Shown: in pieces, positions 1 to 7,472 of the stretch | How positions within the stretch are numbered: the stretch's first letter is position 1 | Layout: every line of letters starts with the position of its first letter | Assembly (NCBI GenBank): GCA_964519005.1 | Contig: CAZFLO010000001.1 | Coordinates: 1-25,420 of the forward strand | Length of the DNA stretch: 25,420 bases | Direction of reading: 5' to 3' | DNA from: Candidatus Woesearchaeota archaeon | GTDB taxonomy: Archaea > Nanobdellota > Nanobdellia > Pacearchaeales > GW2011-AR1 | Translations under genes and position numbers: made by a program | Notes under the pieces: model-generated | Told to the model about the DNA's origin: nothing | The model's input: only the letters and a program-made list of their open reading frames with translations | The model's database searches: none

Positions 1-2
1 TT

Positions 3-509
3 CTAGAGGTTTTTAAGAAGTGCAAGAAGATAATTTAATTCTGTCCCAGAGCCTAAAAGATCTTTAGAATTTTCTCCATGAAACTGAAGTTTATCTGAAA
101 CCTGCTTTTTGTTTTTAAACTCCTCCATATCACCATGGGAATAAATCTTGAATTTTCTATCCTCAACTTGAGACATAAATTTTTCAAGAGTTATTTCTTT
201 TGGCAAATCTTTTGGCATTTTTTCGAATAATTTCATTAATGCTAAAGTTGCCCGAGTTAAAGCTTCATAATCTCTATGCTTTGATTGTGGCCAAATTCCT
301 GTTTTAGACGAATACCCATAATGTTCTTCACAGAATTTTGTTTTGTCCAATCTAAGAAGAGTAAAAAGCGCATCATTATTCATTCCCGAAGAAGAAGAAT
401 AAATATGATTGAAAAAAACTATAAACGAAAAAGATGCTAACAAAAGAATTTCATCCCCATATTGAAGTGTTTTTCCTTCAAGATCTATTGACTTTTTGTA
501 TGTTGCCAT
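3..509 (-). CDS. hypothetical protein (168 aa)
   Basis: Minus-strand ORF with stop TAG at 3-5. Started at ATG 507-509 (MATYKKSIDLEG...) because the 210-aa track version would read through the hairpin at 557-600. No domain recognised. Confidence 0.6.
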   Translation of the reverse strand: MATYKKSIDLEGKTLQYGDEILLLASFSFIVFFNHIYSSSSGMNNDALFTLLRLDKTKFCEEHYGYSSKTGIWPQSKHRDYEALTRATLALMKLFEKMPKDLPKEITLEKFMSQVEDRKFKIYSHGDMEEFKNKKQVSDKLQFHGENSKDLLGSGTELNYLLALLKNL

Positions 510-556
510 TTGTTTAAATTTTAAATTTGAAAATAATTTTGTTTTTTGTTTGAAAG

Positions 557-600
557 AAAAAAACCCTCCGCAACTGTGAATAAGCAGTGAGGGGTTTTTG
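557..600 (-). terminator. family-A hairpin (copy 1), putative intrinsic terminator fused to next-gene leader
   Basis: Plus strand: A7 CCCTC..ACTG loop CAGT.GAGGG T5. Minus sense: GC stem then a T7-8 tract. Lies between the stop of 622..828 and the ATG of 3..509. T/G box at 537-556. Confidence 0.6.
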
Positions 601-621
601 GTTAAGAATTTAAACTGTTTT

Positions 622-828
622 TTATCTGAATTCAAATAACATCAAAACCAAGCTTAAGGTAAAAAATGATCCCATAACAATTGAAAAAACTATTGAATAA
701 AAATAGCTATTCGATTCTTTTCTGGAACCCCCATTCGATTTTATTCTCTTGTACCTTCGAAAATTAACAAAGATTGAAATTATGGATAAAACAATTCCTA
801 CCACACAAATTATCTGAGAAATAATCAT
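622..828 (-). CDS. small membrane protein (68 aa, two predicted TM helices)
   Basis: ATG 826-828. Two hydrophobic stretches (IICVVGIVLSIISIFV and SIVFSIVMGSFFTLSLVLMLF) around a basic loop. Confidence 0.55.
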   Translation of the reverse strand: MIISQIICVVGIVLSIISIFVNFRRYKRIKSNGGSRKESNSYFYSIVFSIVMGSFFTLSLVLMLFEFR

Positions 829-850
829 CTTTTTAAATTTTAATTAATAA

Positions 851-868
851 TTTTGTTTTTTGTTTGAA
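851..868 (-). promoter_or_regulatory. T/G box (TTTTGTTTTTTGTTTGAA) without hairpin
   Basis: Same box as in family-A modules, 22 nt upstream (coding sense) of ATG 828 and abutting the stop of 871..1239. Confidence 0.4.
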
Positions 869-870
869 TT

Positions 871-1239
871 TTAGAACTCGACAATTATTATTTCGAAAGG
901 ACCTCTTCCATTTTGAAAAGGGTTCGAACCAAAACGATCAGCAAATATTTGGAACATTTTTTCGAATAACTTCTCGGAAAAATCCGGGTGAACTATTAAA
1001 AAAGATCCTCCTTTCTCTGGAAATTCAACCAAAACATCTGAAGAAATCAATTCTTCAACTATTTCATTAAAATCTCCGATCTTCATTTCTTCCGGGAGAT
1101 CCTTTGATAATTCTTCAAGTTCTTTTTTTGAAACAATCATCTTCTCAACAACTAGAATTAAAAAATTTGCTATTATTTCAGTTTTCTTGGTGAAGATAAA
1201 TTTGCTGGAATTTAAAACCTCTTTAATTACATTTTTCAT
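871..1239 (-). CDS. hypothetical protein (122 aa)
   Basis: ATG 1237-1239. Acidic, helical-looking, no domain recognised. Stop abuts the T/G box at 851-868. Confidence 0.55.
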   Translation of the reverse strand: MKNVIKEVLNSSKFIFTKKTEIIANFLILVVEKMIVSKKELEELSKDLPEEMKIGDFNEIVEELISSDVLVEFPEKGGSFLIVHPDFSEKLFEKMFQIFADRFGSNPFQNGRGPFEIIIVEF

Positions 1240-1287
1240 CTTGATAATTTAAATTTTAAATTTTAATTAATTTTTTTTTTTTGAAAG

Positions 1288-1330
1288 AAAAAAACCCTCC
1301 GCAACTGTGAATAAGTAGCGGGGGTTTTTG
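1288..1330 (-). terminator. family-A hairpin (copy 2)
   Basis: AAAAAAACCCTCCGC aactgtgaataagta GCGGGGGTTTTT. Downstream of 1380..1769 and upstream of 871..1239. Confidence 0.6.
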
Positions 1331-1379
1331 GATTTGAAATTTTAAAGTTATTTTCTAAAAGAGGATTTTAATTCAATTG

Positions 1380-1769
1380 TTAACCTGCGCCAGGAGGGTG
1401 GTGAGTCATTATAACTTCATCATATTGCCTTTTGAATTCGAAATAATTTTTCTCGAAAAACTCAAGGACTTTTGGAGGCGCTTTCTCAAATATTTCTTTC
1501 GCCTCTTTTTCAGAGATATGATACTTTGAATATGCTATATCGCTCGCATATTTTTTTATTCTTTTTTTCAACGCAGAAGGATATTTTTCAATCCAACTTT
1601 CCTCTGTTAATTTTGCTAGGTTCTTGATGTCAACAATCCCAATTATCTCTTCTTCAGATAACTCAATAGATCCCCAATCAATTTTGGATAACAATAACTC
1701 AAGCGCCTTTGTTCCATCAACATCTTTAACAAATCCCAACAAGGAATGAAATTTTTCTTTTATTTTCAT
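1380..1769 (-). CDS. hypothetical protein (129 aa)
   Basis: ATG 1767-1769 preceded by AAGAGGAG, one of the few Shine-Dalgarno-like leaders in the window. Monocistronic between hairpins 1288-1330 and 1810-1852. Confidence 0.65.
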   Translation of the reverse strand: MKIKEKFHSLLGFVKDVDGTKALELLLSKIDWGSIELSEEEIIGIVDIKNLAKLTEESWIEKYPSALKKRIKKYASDIAYSKYHISEKEAKEIFEKAPPKVLEFFEKNYFEFKRQYDEVIMTHHPPGAG

Positions 1770-1809
1770 TATTTCTCCTCTTTATGAATAATTTTTTTTT
1801 GTTTGAAAG

Positions 1810-1852
1810 AAAAAAACCCTCCGCAACTGTGAATAAGAAGCGGGGGTTTTTG
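1810..1852 (-). terminator. family-A hairpin (copy 3)
   Basis: Same stem as copy 2; the loop differs by one base (aactgtgaataagaa). Downstream of 1891..2430. Confidence 0.6.
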
Positions 1853-1890
1853 GTTATTTTGAAGAACTATTTATCCTAATACATCACATA

Positions 1891-2430
1891 TTACACCCAG
1901 ACATCTGGAAAAGGAGAAATAATCATTGCATTGTGTAAATCATCCTTTGGATAAAATTCTCGTAGCTCTCCCCCTCCAACATATCTTGGGCGCATTTGGG
2001 GATCTTCATCAAGAGAAATTATGATTTCACCAATTCCCAGTTTCATAGATTTCGCATTGACCTCTAAAGAAACAATCTCATTGCCATTTATCTTTGGTGT
2101 AAAATTGTCCCATTTTTGAGGAGGCATAAAATCTGAATGCAATGGTTTCTGAATATGATACTGATCAGGATGAGCACTTACCCATTGCCCGCCAACAGTC
2201 AACCAATCATATGAACTCCAAAGAGTTAAAATAAACCATTCTCCAGGATATTTTTCTGTATGCTTTAACTTAAGGCCAAAAAACCCAGGACCCCCTTGAC
2301 CATATGTGCCGCAATAGCCAGTACATTCAAGAATGAACCTTCCAATTATTCTTTCTTTGGGGGGGTTAAAAATTATTTCCTTTAATTGTTTTTTGTTTCT
2401 CAATTTTACAATTGCACTTGTTTTTTGCAT
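1891..2430 (-). CDS. hypothetical protein (179 aa), globular Trp/Gly/Pro-rich
   Basis: ATG 2428-2430. Sequence such as CTGYCGTYGQGGPGFFGL and WSSYDWLTVGGQW looks like a folded domain, but I cannot name the family. Confidence 0.65.
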   Translation of the reverse strand: MQKTSAIVKLRNKKQLKEIIFNPPKERIIGRFILECTGYCGTYGQGGPGFFGLKLKHTEKYPGEWFILTLWSSYDWLTVGGQWVSAHPDQYHIQKPLHSDFMPPQKWDNFTPKINGNEIVSLEVNAKSMKLGIGEIIISLDEDPQMRPRYVGGGELREFYPKDDLHNAMIISPFPDVWV

Positions 2431-2465
2431 AATAAATTCCTTTCTTTATTTAATTAAACAATAAT

Positions 2466-2762
2466 TTATTTTCTTGCCATACTCAAATATGCTTGGAGAC
2501 CCCTGTTTTTGGTTCTCACATATTTTAGATATTTTTTTGTATTAGGCTCTTTTCCCATAATTACATAAACTCCCTCGATTAAATTTTTGTCAAGGAGTTC
2601 GTCTGTTACTCTTTTTGGAAAAGTTAAAGATCCTTTTTTCCCCCAATCCCGGATTTCTTCATAAACTCCAAAGGGTCCTTTATTTCCAATTTTGCGTAAT
2701 GCATTCTGACCTTCGCTACTAAGACCTCTTAAACCGATCTTTCCTTTTCTTCTTAAACGCAT
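2466..2762 (-). CDS. hypothetical basic protein (98 aa)
   Basis: ATG 2760-2762. Lys/Arg-rich. No domain recognised. Confidence 0.55.
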   Translation of the reverse strand: MRLRRKGKIGLRGLSSEGQNALRKIGNKGPFGVYEEIRDWGKKGSLTFPKRVTDELLDKNLIEGVYVIMGKEPNTKKYLKYVRTKNRGLQAYLSMARK

Positions 2763-2786
2763 ATGTTTTTCGTTTTAAATTAATAC

Positions 2787-2803
2787 TTTTGTTTTTTGTT
2801 TGA
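2787..2803 (-). promoter_or_regulatory. T/G box without hairpin
   Basis: TTTTGTTTTTTGTTTGA, 24 nt upstream of ATG 2762 and abutting the stop of 2804..4771. Confidence 0.4.
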
Positions 2804-4771
2804 TTAATCTTTTATGCATCGGACAGAAAATGTGACAGACCGATATGTGTCATATCTTCTTACTTGTTTGCTGAAGTCGTGCAAACTCCTACAATATGCG
2901 TCATCTCCACAAGGTGTAGATGTCCACCAATGACCATCTTCTGTAAGATTTTGGAAATAACCCCCGTTAACGTAAATACCTCCTCCAAGTGCATTAAAGC
3001 CCAGGGTGTTTGTTCCATTTCCATTCTCGAACCATCCCTCAGTAGATTTCATTTTTTCCCCTTCATCAGTACCGCGATAGCCATATTCATCAGCCTCACT
3101 TTGACTCATTCCAAAATACATTTCAAGGGTTTTCCATTCTTCGTCCGAAGGTAAATGCCAACCAGCGGGACAAGCTGTTAATGCTGCATCCCAATTGTAA
3201 AGCCTGCCATAGATATCTCCATTTGCAGAATTATTGTCATACCACCAAGAATAGGGAGAATCATAATTCAAGTTTTCTGCAAACCAGGTTTGAGAACCAA
3301 TTGTTATTGTGTTGTAAATTTGTCCATCTCGGGGATCTGTGAAAGTGTTTGCCCCGCCTCCAGAACTAACATGAATGTAATTTGATCTTGATAAAAAATC
3401 TTCTCCGGCTTCGTTTGCGACACCCAAAGTTATATTGTAATCTCCGGGAGAAGAATAAGCATGGGTTGGATTTTGAAGATTGGTATTGGTTGAACCGTCT
3501 CCGAAATTCCAATGCCAAAAATTCGGGTTATTTGATGAAAGATCTGTGAACTGGATAACTTCTCCCACTTCGACATTTGTAGAACTTGCAGTGAAATTTG
3601 CGACAGGAGGATTTATTGTTACTCCGAAACTTCCCGAGGCCAATTCATTCTCAAAATTAATAAAAGTTTTACTTTGGTCAACCCAGGTTCTGCTTAAAGC
3701 TTTGACTTTGACTTTGCCTAAGATATCTAAGCCTCCTTTCAAAGTCCAATAAGTTGTTTTGTTATATGCATTCAAATTTAAGTATGACCTTGCAGAAGCT
3801 GAAAGGCCTGCGACATCGTAGAGTAATAGGTTCAAATCAGTTCCGGCAAAGGCAGTCACATTTAAATTGTAATTCAAAATAGGATCTTCAAAATTGAATT
3901 GATTTGTTAATTCTGAAATTGTCCCCCATTTGGATTCTTCATATTTGATTCCTGCTTCTGCATGAAATTCATTTGAAACAGTTGACGTGTGGACGGAAAG
4001 GTTTCCATCTGTTCCCAAGATTACATCAAAAGAGGGCGTTACCCAAACAGGTAAGATTCCAATTGTTCCTAAGAGGACTGGAGAAAATTTGCATGTTGCG
4101 ACAACCTTATTTTCATTTATTGCTCCGGTTCCAAGAGTGGATTTCACGACCAGACTTGAATATTCATCTAGAATATTTTTGAAAACAAAATGTTTCATTT
4201 TCCACTTCTCGACTTCAAGTAGGATATCTATTTTATAATTAAATATAATAAAACCATCGATGATTACTTGGTCATCTGTTGTCCCGACATTTCCGTCACG
4301 ATCATAAATAACGTATTCATCGAAATCCCATCCAAATTCATAACTCTTTTCTGGTTTGAACAATTTGACTTTGGGTTCGGATTTGTGGCTAGATTTATCG
4401 CTATGCAAAAGCATTAAGCTAACGGACAAATAACCTTCTTCGGTCGCTTCTTCAATCGGACAACTAATTGTTTGGAGTGTTTTTTCATCACTTGAAACCG
4501 AAGTTATTTGCCTTAGAAAACCATTTGGAACTTTTTGAGTGATGATGGAATTGGTTAGAATATCTCCGACAGCATAATTTCCCGGAGCAGATAATGTTAT
4601 TTTTCCTGTGGTTCCGTCGTAAGAAGATATGTTTGTCATGTCTTGATTTGGCAGAACAAAAACTTCTCCCGTACCTGGAACGGAGGGATCTGGCGTTGTG
4701 GGATCATCCTTTTTGCAAGTTGTAAAGAGAATGATAAAAATAATTCCCAATAAATAAATTGCTTTTTTCAT
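2804..4771 (-). CDS. lipoprotein with PKD domain and Fibrobacter-succinogenes-major-paralogous (TIGR02145-like) C-terminal domain
   Basis: Started at ATG 4769-4771 (MKKAIYLLGIIFIILFTTC, lipobox Cys), which also removes the overlap with 4782..5198. PKD signature at about 3368-3613: FTASSTNVEVGEVIQFTD...WHWNFGDGS...NPTHAYSSPGDYNITL. TIGR02145-like signature at about 2807-3346: FTDPRDGQIYNTITIGSQTWFAENLNY...GRLYNWDAALTACPAGWHLPSDEEWKTLE...FSVRCIKD. Confidence 0.85.
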   Translation of the reverse strand: MKKAIYLLGIIFIILFTTCKKDDPTTPDPSVPGTGEVFVLPNQDMTNISSYDGTTGKITLSAPGNYAVGDILTNSIITQKVPNGFLRQITSVSSDEKTLQTISCPIEEATEEGYLSVSLMLLHSDKSSHKSEPKVKLFKPEKSYEFGWDFDEYVIYDRDGNVGTTDDQVIIDGFIIFNYKIDILLEVEKWKMKHFVFKNILDEYSSLVVKSTLGTGAINENKVVATCKFSPVLLGTIGILPVWVTPSFDVILGTDGNLSVHTSTVSNEFHAEAGIKYEESKWGTISELTNQFNFEDPILNYNLNVTAFAGTDLNLLLYDVAGLSASARSYLNLNAYNKTTYWTLKGGLDILGKVKVKALSRTWVDQSKTFINFENELASGSFGVTINPPVANFTASSTNVEVGEVIQFTDLSSNNPNFWHWNFGDGSTNTNLQNPTHAYSSPGDYNITLGVANEAGEDFLSRSNYIHVSSGGGANTFTDPRDGQIYNTITIGSQTWFAENLNYDSPYSWWYDNNSANGDIYGRLYNWDAALTACPAGWHLPSDEEWKTLEMYFGMSQSEADEYGYRGTDEGEKMKSTEGWFENGNGTNTLGFNALGGGIYVNGGYFQNLTEDGHWWTSTPCGDDAYCRSLHDFSKQVRRYDTYRSVTFSVRCIKD

Positions 4772-4781
4772 TTTTAAAAAG

Positions 4782-5198
4782 TTAGTTACTAGTTTTTGTT
4801 TTGTGTTCATATTTCCTAATCTCAAAATCCATGTTAAACATGAAACGAATATTCTTGATTATTTCTATCTCTAAGGGCAAAATGTCTTCAAGAGAACATC
4901 GGTCTGCAATGTAATCTGCACAAGTTTCACCATACTTCCCCGATTGGTTATTTTCAGACCGATAAAAAAAGAAGAATGTTCTCTTAAAAATTATAAACTT
5001 TCCGGACAATAATGGAAAAGAATGAGATTTATACTTTACAAAAACTTGATATTTTACGTGAATCCTTGAAGAAGAATTTTCCTCTTCAAAACTATGAACT
5101 TCAATAAAAAAATCATTCTCTTTTGAAATGCTTGGATTTAGATCCGTAATTAGATCAATCAGTTTTTGCCTTATTGGTATTCGAAATGTTTCATCCAT
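4782..5198 (-). CDS. hypothetical protein (138 aa)
   Basis: ATG 5196-5198, directly downstream (coding sense) of hairpin module 5221-5300. No domain recognised. Confidence 0.55.
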   Translation of the reverse strand: MDETFRIPIRQKLIDLITDLNPSISKENDFFIEVHSFEEENSSSRIHVKYQVFVKYKSHSFPLLSGKFIIFKRTFFFFYRSENNQSGKYGETCADYIADRCSLEDILPLEIEIIKNIRFMFNMDFEIRKYEHKTKTSN

Positions 5199-5241
5199 CG
5201 TGATTTAAAAATTTAGTTAATAATTTTTGTTTTGTTTGAAG

Positions 5242-5281
5242 AAAAAAAACCTCCGCAAGAAAAAGGATGCGGGGGTTCTTT
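5242..5281 (-). terminator. family-A hairpin (copy 4)
   Basis: A8 CCTCCGCA agaaaaagga TGCGGGGG TTCTTT. Part of the 64-nt block identical to 5738-5801. Confidence 0.6.
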
Positions 5282-5306
5282 GAAATTGTTTGATCGATTG
5301 TTTTGT

Positions 5307-5717
5307 TTAATCGGAAATCTCGTAAATCTCAGCATATTTTTTAATTAACAAATCAATCACCTCCTGATCATAATAATATTCGTTCCCTAATGCGAAATTT
5401 ATAAACCAGTCCGGTAAATCCAAAAGGGTTACTTCATTTATGAGCTGTTGCACTTTTTCGAAAAATTTTGTTTTTATATCCAGAACTATTTTTACACGAG
5501 TTTTTGCTGTGATGAACGCTTCATGAATTATTTCGAAATTATTGCAAACAGCCAGATCTTTTTCAAAATCTTTGCTCCCAAAATATGCCCTAAGTTCTTC
5601 AGGTATGTTTGTCTGTATTTTATGATGTGAAAATTCCTGCAATCTTTTTATACACCTACTCTCCCTATTTTTTGCCATTAAGTCTTCTGGCGAGATTCCC
5701 AAAATTGTTTTTCCCAT
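5307..5717 (-). CDS. hypothetical protein (136 aa)
   Basis: ATG 5715-5717. Single gene bracketed by two identical 64-nt modules (5221-5284, 5738-5801). No domain recognised. Confidence 0.6.
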   Translation of the reverse strand: MGKTILGISPEDLMAKNRESRCIKRLQEFSHHKIQTNIPEELRAYFGSKDFEKDLAVCNNFEIIHEAFITAKTRVKIVLDIKTKFFEKVQQLINEVTLLDLPDWFINFALGNEYYYDQEVIDLLIKKYAEIYEISD

Positions 5718-5758
5718 TGTGATTAAATTTTAATGATTAATTTTTGTTTTGTTTGAAG

Positions 5759-5798
5759 AAAAAAAACCTCCGCAAGAAAAAGGATGCGGGGGTTCTTT
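5759..5798 (-). terminator. family-A hairpin (copy 5)
   Basis: Identical to copy 4. Confidence 0.6.
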
Positions 5799-5871
5799 GA
5801 ACTAGAATTTTTCTTTGAAATAATCTGGGTCCAACTAATCAACCAAGTGGTCTCTTGTTGGTACAAAGATA

Positions 5872-6393
5872 CTATTTTTTAATTAATGATTGAAGTGTAG
5901 GCTCGCTTGAAGAAGATTTATTCTTCTTAGCTTTAATAATTTTGTATTCAGCAACAGCAGTATATTTTCCTGCATTGGAATAAACTGTAACTGTCATTCT
6001 CACGTCAACATCCGTTTCTCCGGTGTTTAAGACCTGCGCTGATTGGCTATATACAATTTGCGTTTCATTGGTGCCAATTGTACTATTTGAATTTTGTAAA
6101 TCCACTTCAGCACTTTCTCCCTGTGCCCATCCACTAATAAATTCCTCTTTTGCATGGATTCTGGTTATCTCAGCCTCTCCACCTGAATTAGAGACCTTGA
6201 TTTCCCAGTGAATTGAACTACCGCTTTTGACGGATGTTGGAGTTATACTATTCTCAACCTTAAGGGGGCCTGGAACGGAGGGGCCTTCTTTTTCGTCTTT
6301 TTTACAGCTATCACTCAAACAGGCAAAGAATCCAAATATGATGGCTATTGCAAAGAATTTGAATTTTGTTGAAATAAAAATTGAATTTTTCAT
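5872..6393 (-). CDS. putative lipoprotein (173 aa), beta-rich
   Basis: ATG 6391-6393. N-terminus FFAIAIIFGFFACLSDSCKKDE (signal plus Cys), then PSVPGP linker and a Ser/Thr/Val-rich beta-looking domain. Confidence 0.65.
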   Translation of the reverse strand: MKNSIFISTKFKFFAIAIIFGFFACLSDSCKKDEKEGPSVPGPLKVENSITPTSVKSGSSIHWEIKVSNSGGEAEITRIHAKEEFISGWAQGESAEVDLQNSNSTIGTNETQIVYSQSAQVLNTGETDVDVRMTVTVYSNAGKYTAVAEYKIIKAKKNKSSSSEPTLQSLIKK

Positions 6394-6598
6394 AAATATA
6401 AATTTAAATTTAGTTAAAATTGTTTTATCTTTAATTTTTTTAATTCCCTAAAGATAAATGAGAATTCTCAATTTTGGCTTTGCTCTCTTGAGAAAAAGAA
6501 CATCCAATTTTTTTATATTGTAAAATCATTGGAATTGTTAATTTTTTAAGGTGCTCTTGGCATGGGCTTTTTATTTGGGTTTATGTTAGTTGTTTTGT

Positions 6599-7372
6599 TT
6601 AATCGGAATCTCTCATTGTTACTTCATCTTGAAATGTCTCTAATCCGGGAGAAATGTGATGGTCACTCATTAACGGACAATGAGGATCTGAAAAATTAAT
6701 TTCTCCATCATCGTTCACATCCCAATAAAGAGTTATATTCGGATAATCTCCTTCATGAACATGGGCACTTACATATTCCGAGGTAATTCCGAATAAATTC
6801 CTTAAGGAATTAAAACATCGCTCATCTGAAACCACGGCCCCATATGAATCTTGTATCACCATTCGGAGGTGGTGTTGTCCTGAAACTGATCCGACATATT
6901 TGACATTCCCGCTGAACCAACCTAAATCCGAAGGGCTTGTTCTATCAACTACATTTATGTCAAAAGATTCAGTCTCAAAACCCTCAACTTCAAAAGATTT
7001 CTGAACAATTATTTGCTCATTTGAATTTTCAAATCCGGATTCATCCCAATCCCAATAGCCCCCTAATTCATATGTTCCTGCTTCAAGTTTAGATGGAGTT
7101 TTAATTTTCCATCCTCCAGATAACATTCCGGGGTTTGCACTTTTTGTGAAATTGCTATACTGTGAACCTTCATGATAAATTGTAAAATGGAATTGGTGTT
7201 CTCTCCCCAATTCAGTTTTTGCAGTCCCAGAATAAAATAAATTGAATTCGACAAACTGTGCAGTTGGTTCTTCTTCCCCAAAAGGAGTTCCATTGGGCGT
7301 AGTCGTCTCTTTTTCACAAGCTACAAAACTGAAAAGGAAAATAATTCCTAATAAATAAATTGTTTTTTTCAT
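6599..7372 (-). CDS. putative lipoprotein (257 aa)
   Basis: ATG 7370-7372. MKKTIYLLGIIFLFSFVACEKE lipobox. The first 35 nt are near-identical to the start of 2804..4771. Confidence 0.7.
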   Translation of the reverse strand: MKKTIYLLGIIFLFSFVACEKETTTPNGTPFGEEEPTAQFVEFNLFYSGTAKTELGREHQFHFTIYHEGSQYSNFTKSANPGMLSGGWKIKTPSKLEAGTYELGGYWDWDESGFENSNEQIIVQKSFEVEGFETESFDINVVDRTSPSDLGWFSGNVKYVGSVSGQHHLRMVIQDSYGAVVSDERCFNSLRNLFGITSEYVSAHVHEGDYPNITLYWDVNDDGEINFSDPHCPLMSDHHISPGLETFQDEVTMRDSD

Positions 7373-7417
7373 TGAAATTAAATTTTAATAATTAATACTT
7401 TGTTTTTTGTTTTAAAG

Positions 7418-7461
7418 AAAAAAAACCCTTCACATCCGCAAAGAAGAAAAGGGTTTTTTTC
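7418..7461 (-). terminator. family-A hairpin (copy 6, weak-stem variant)
   Basis: A8 CCCTT cacatccgcaaagaagaa AAGGG T7. Short GC core extended by A/T pairing. Downstream of 7473..8420. Confidence 0.45.
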
Positions 7462-7472
7462 TTTTTGTTGTT

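Noticed and set aside
534-541. Bacteroidota-type -7 promoter motif TAnnTTTG (for example TAATTTTG at 534-541; TAAATTTG at 522-529)
   Set aside because: These matches are on the plus strand, pointing away from every gene. The coding strand in these leaders is A/C-rich with almost no G. The matches are probably by-products of the T/G box rather than promoters for annotated genes.
510-635. N-terminal extensions in the ORF track (3..635, 2804..4825, 8538..8948, 13414..13905, 14007..14492, 15541..15795)
   Set aside because: The extensions run through terminator hairpins or conserved leaders, overlap the preceding gene, or begin at TTG. Internal ATGs with the usual A-rich leader and sensible N-termini (signal peptides, MK...) are better starts.
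2807-3346. Diversity-generating retroelement targeting the lectin-like C-terminal domain of the PKD lipoprotein
   Set aside because: No reverse transcriptase ORF is present, and I could find no second (template) copy of the 3' ~120 nt of this gene in the window. The idea is unsupported here.
5831-5860. CCAAC...GTTGG inverted repeat between 5872..6393 and module copy 5
   Set aside because: It is a 5-bp stem with a ~20-nt loop and no flanking tracts, which is within chance expectation.
7063-7317. Same-strand alternative-frame ORFs nested in or overlapping longer ORFs (also 10507..10707, 12414..12599, 16232..16435, 19119..19358, 21725..21988, 22480..22707, 24684..24992)
   Set aside because: The longer frames carry signal peptides, domains or TM patterns. 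The nested frames are basic low-complexity sequence with no independent start context.
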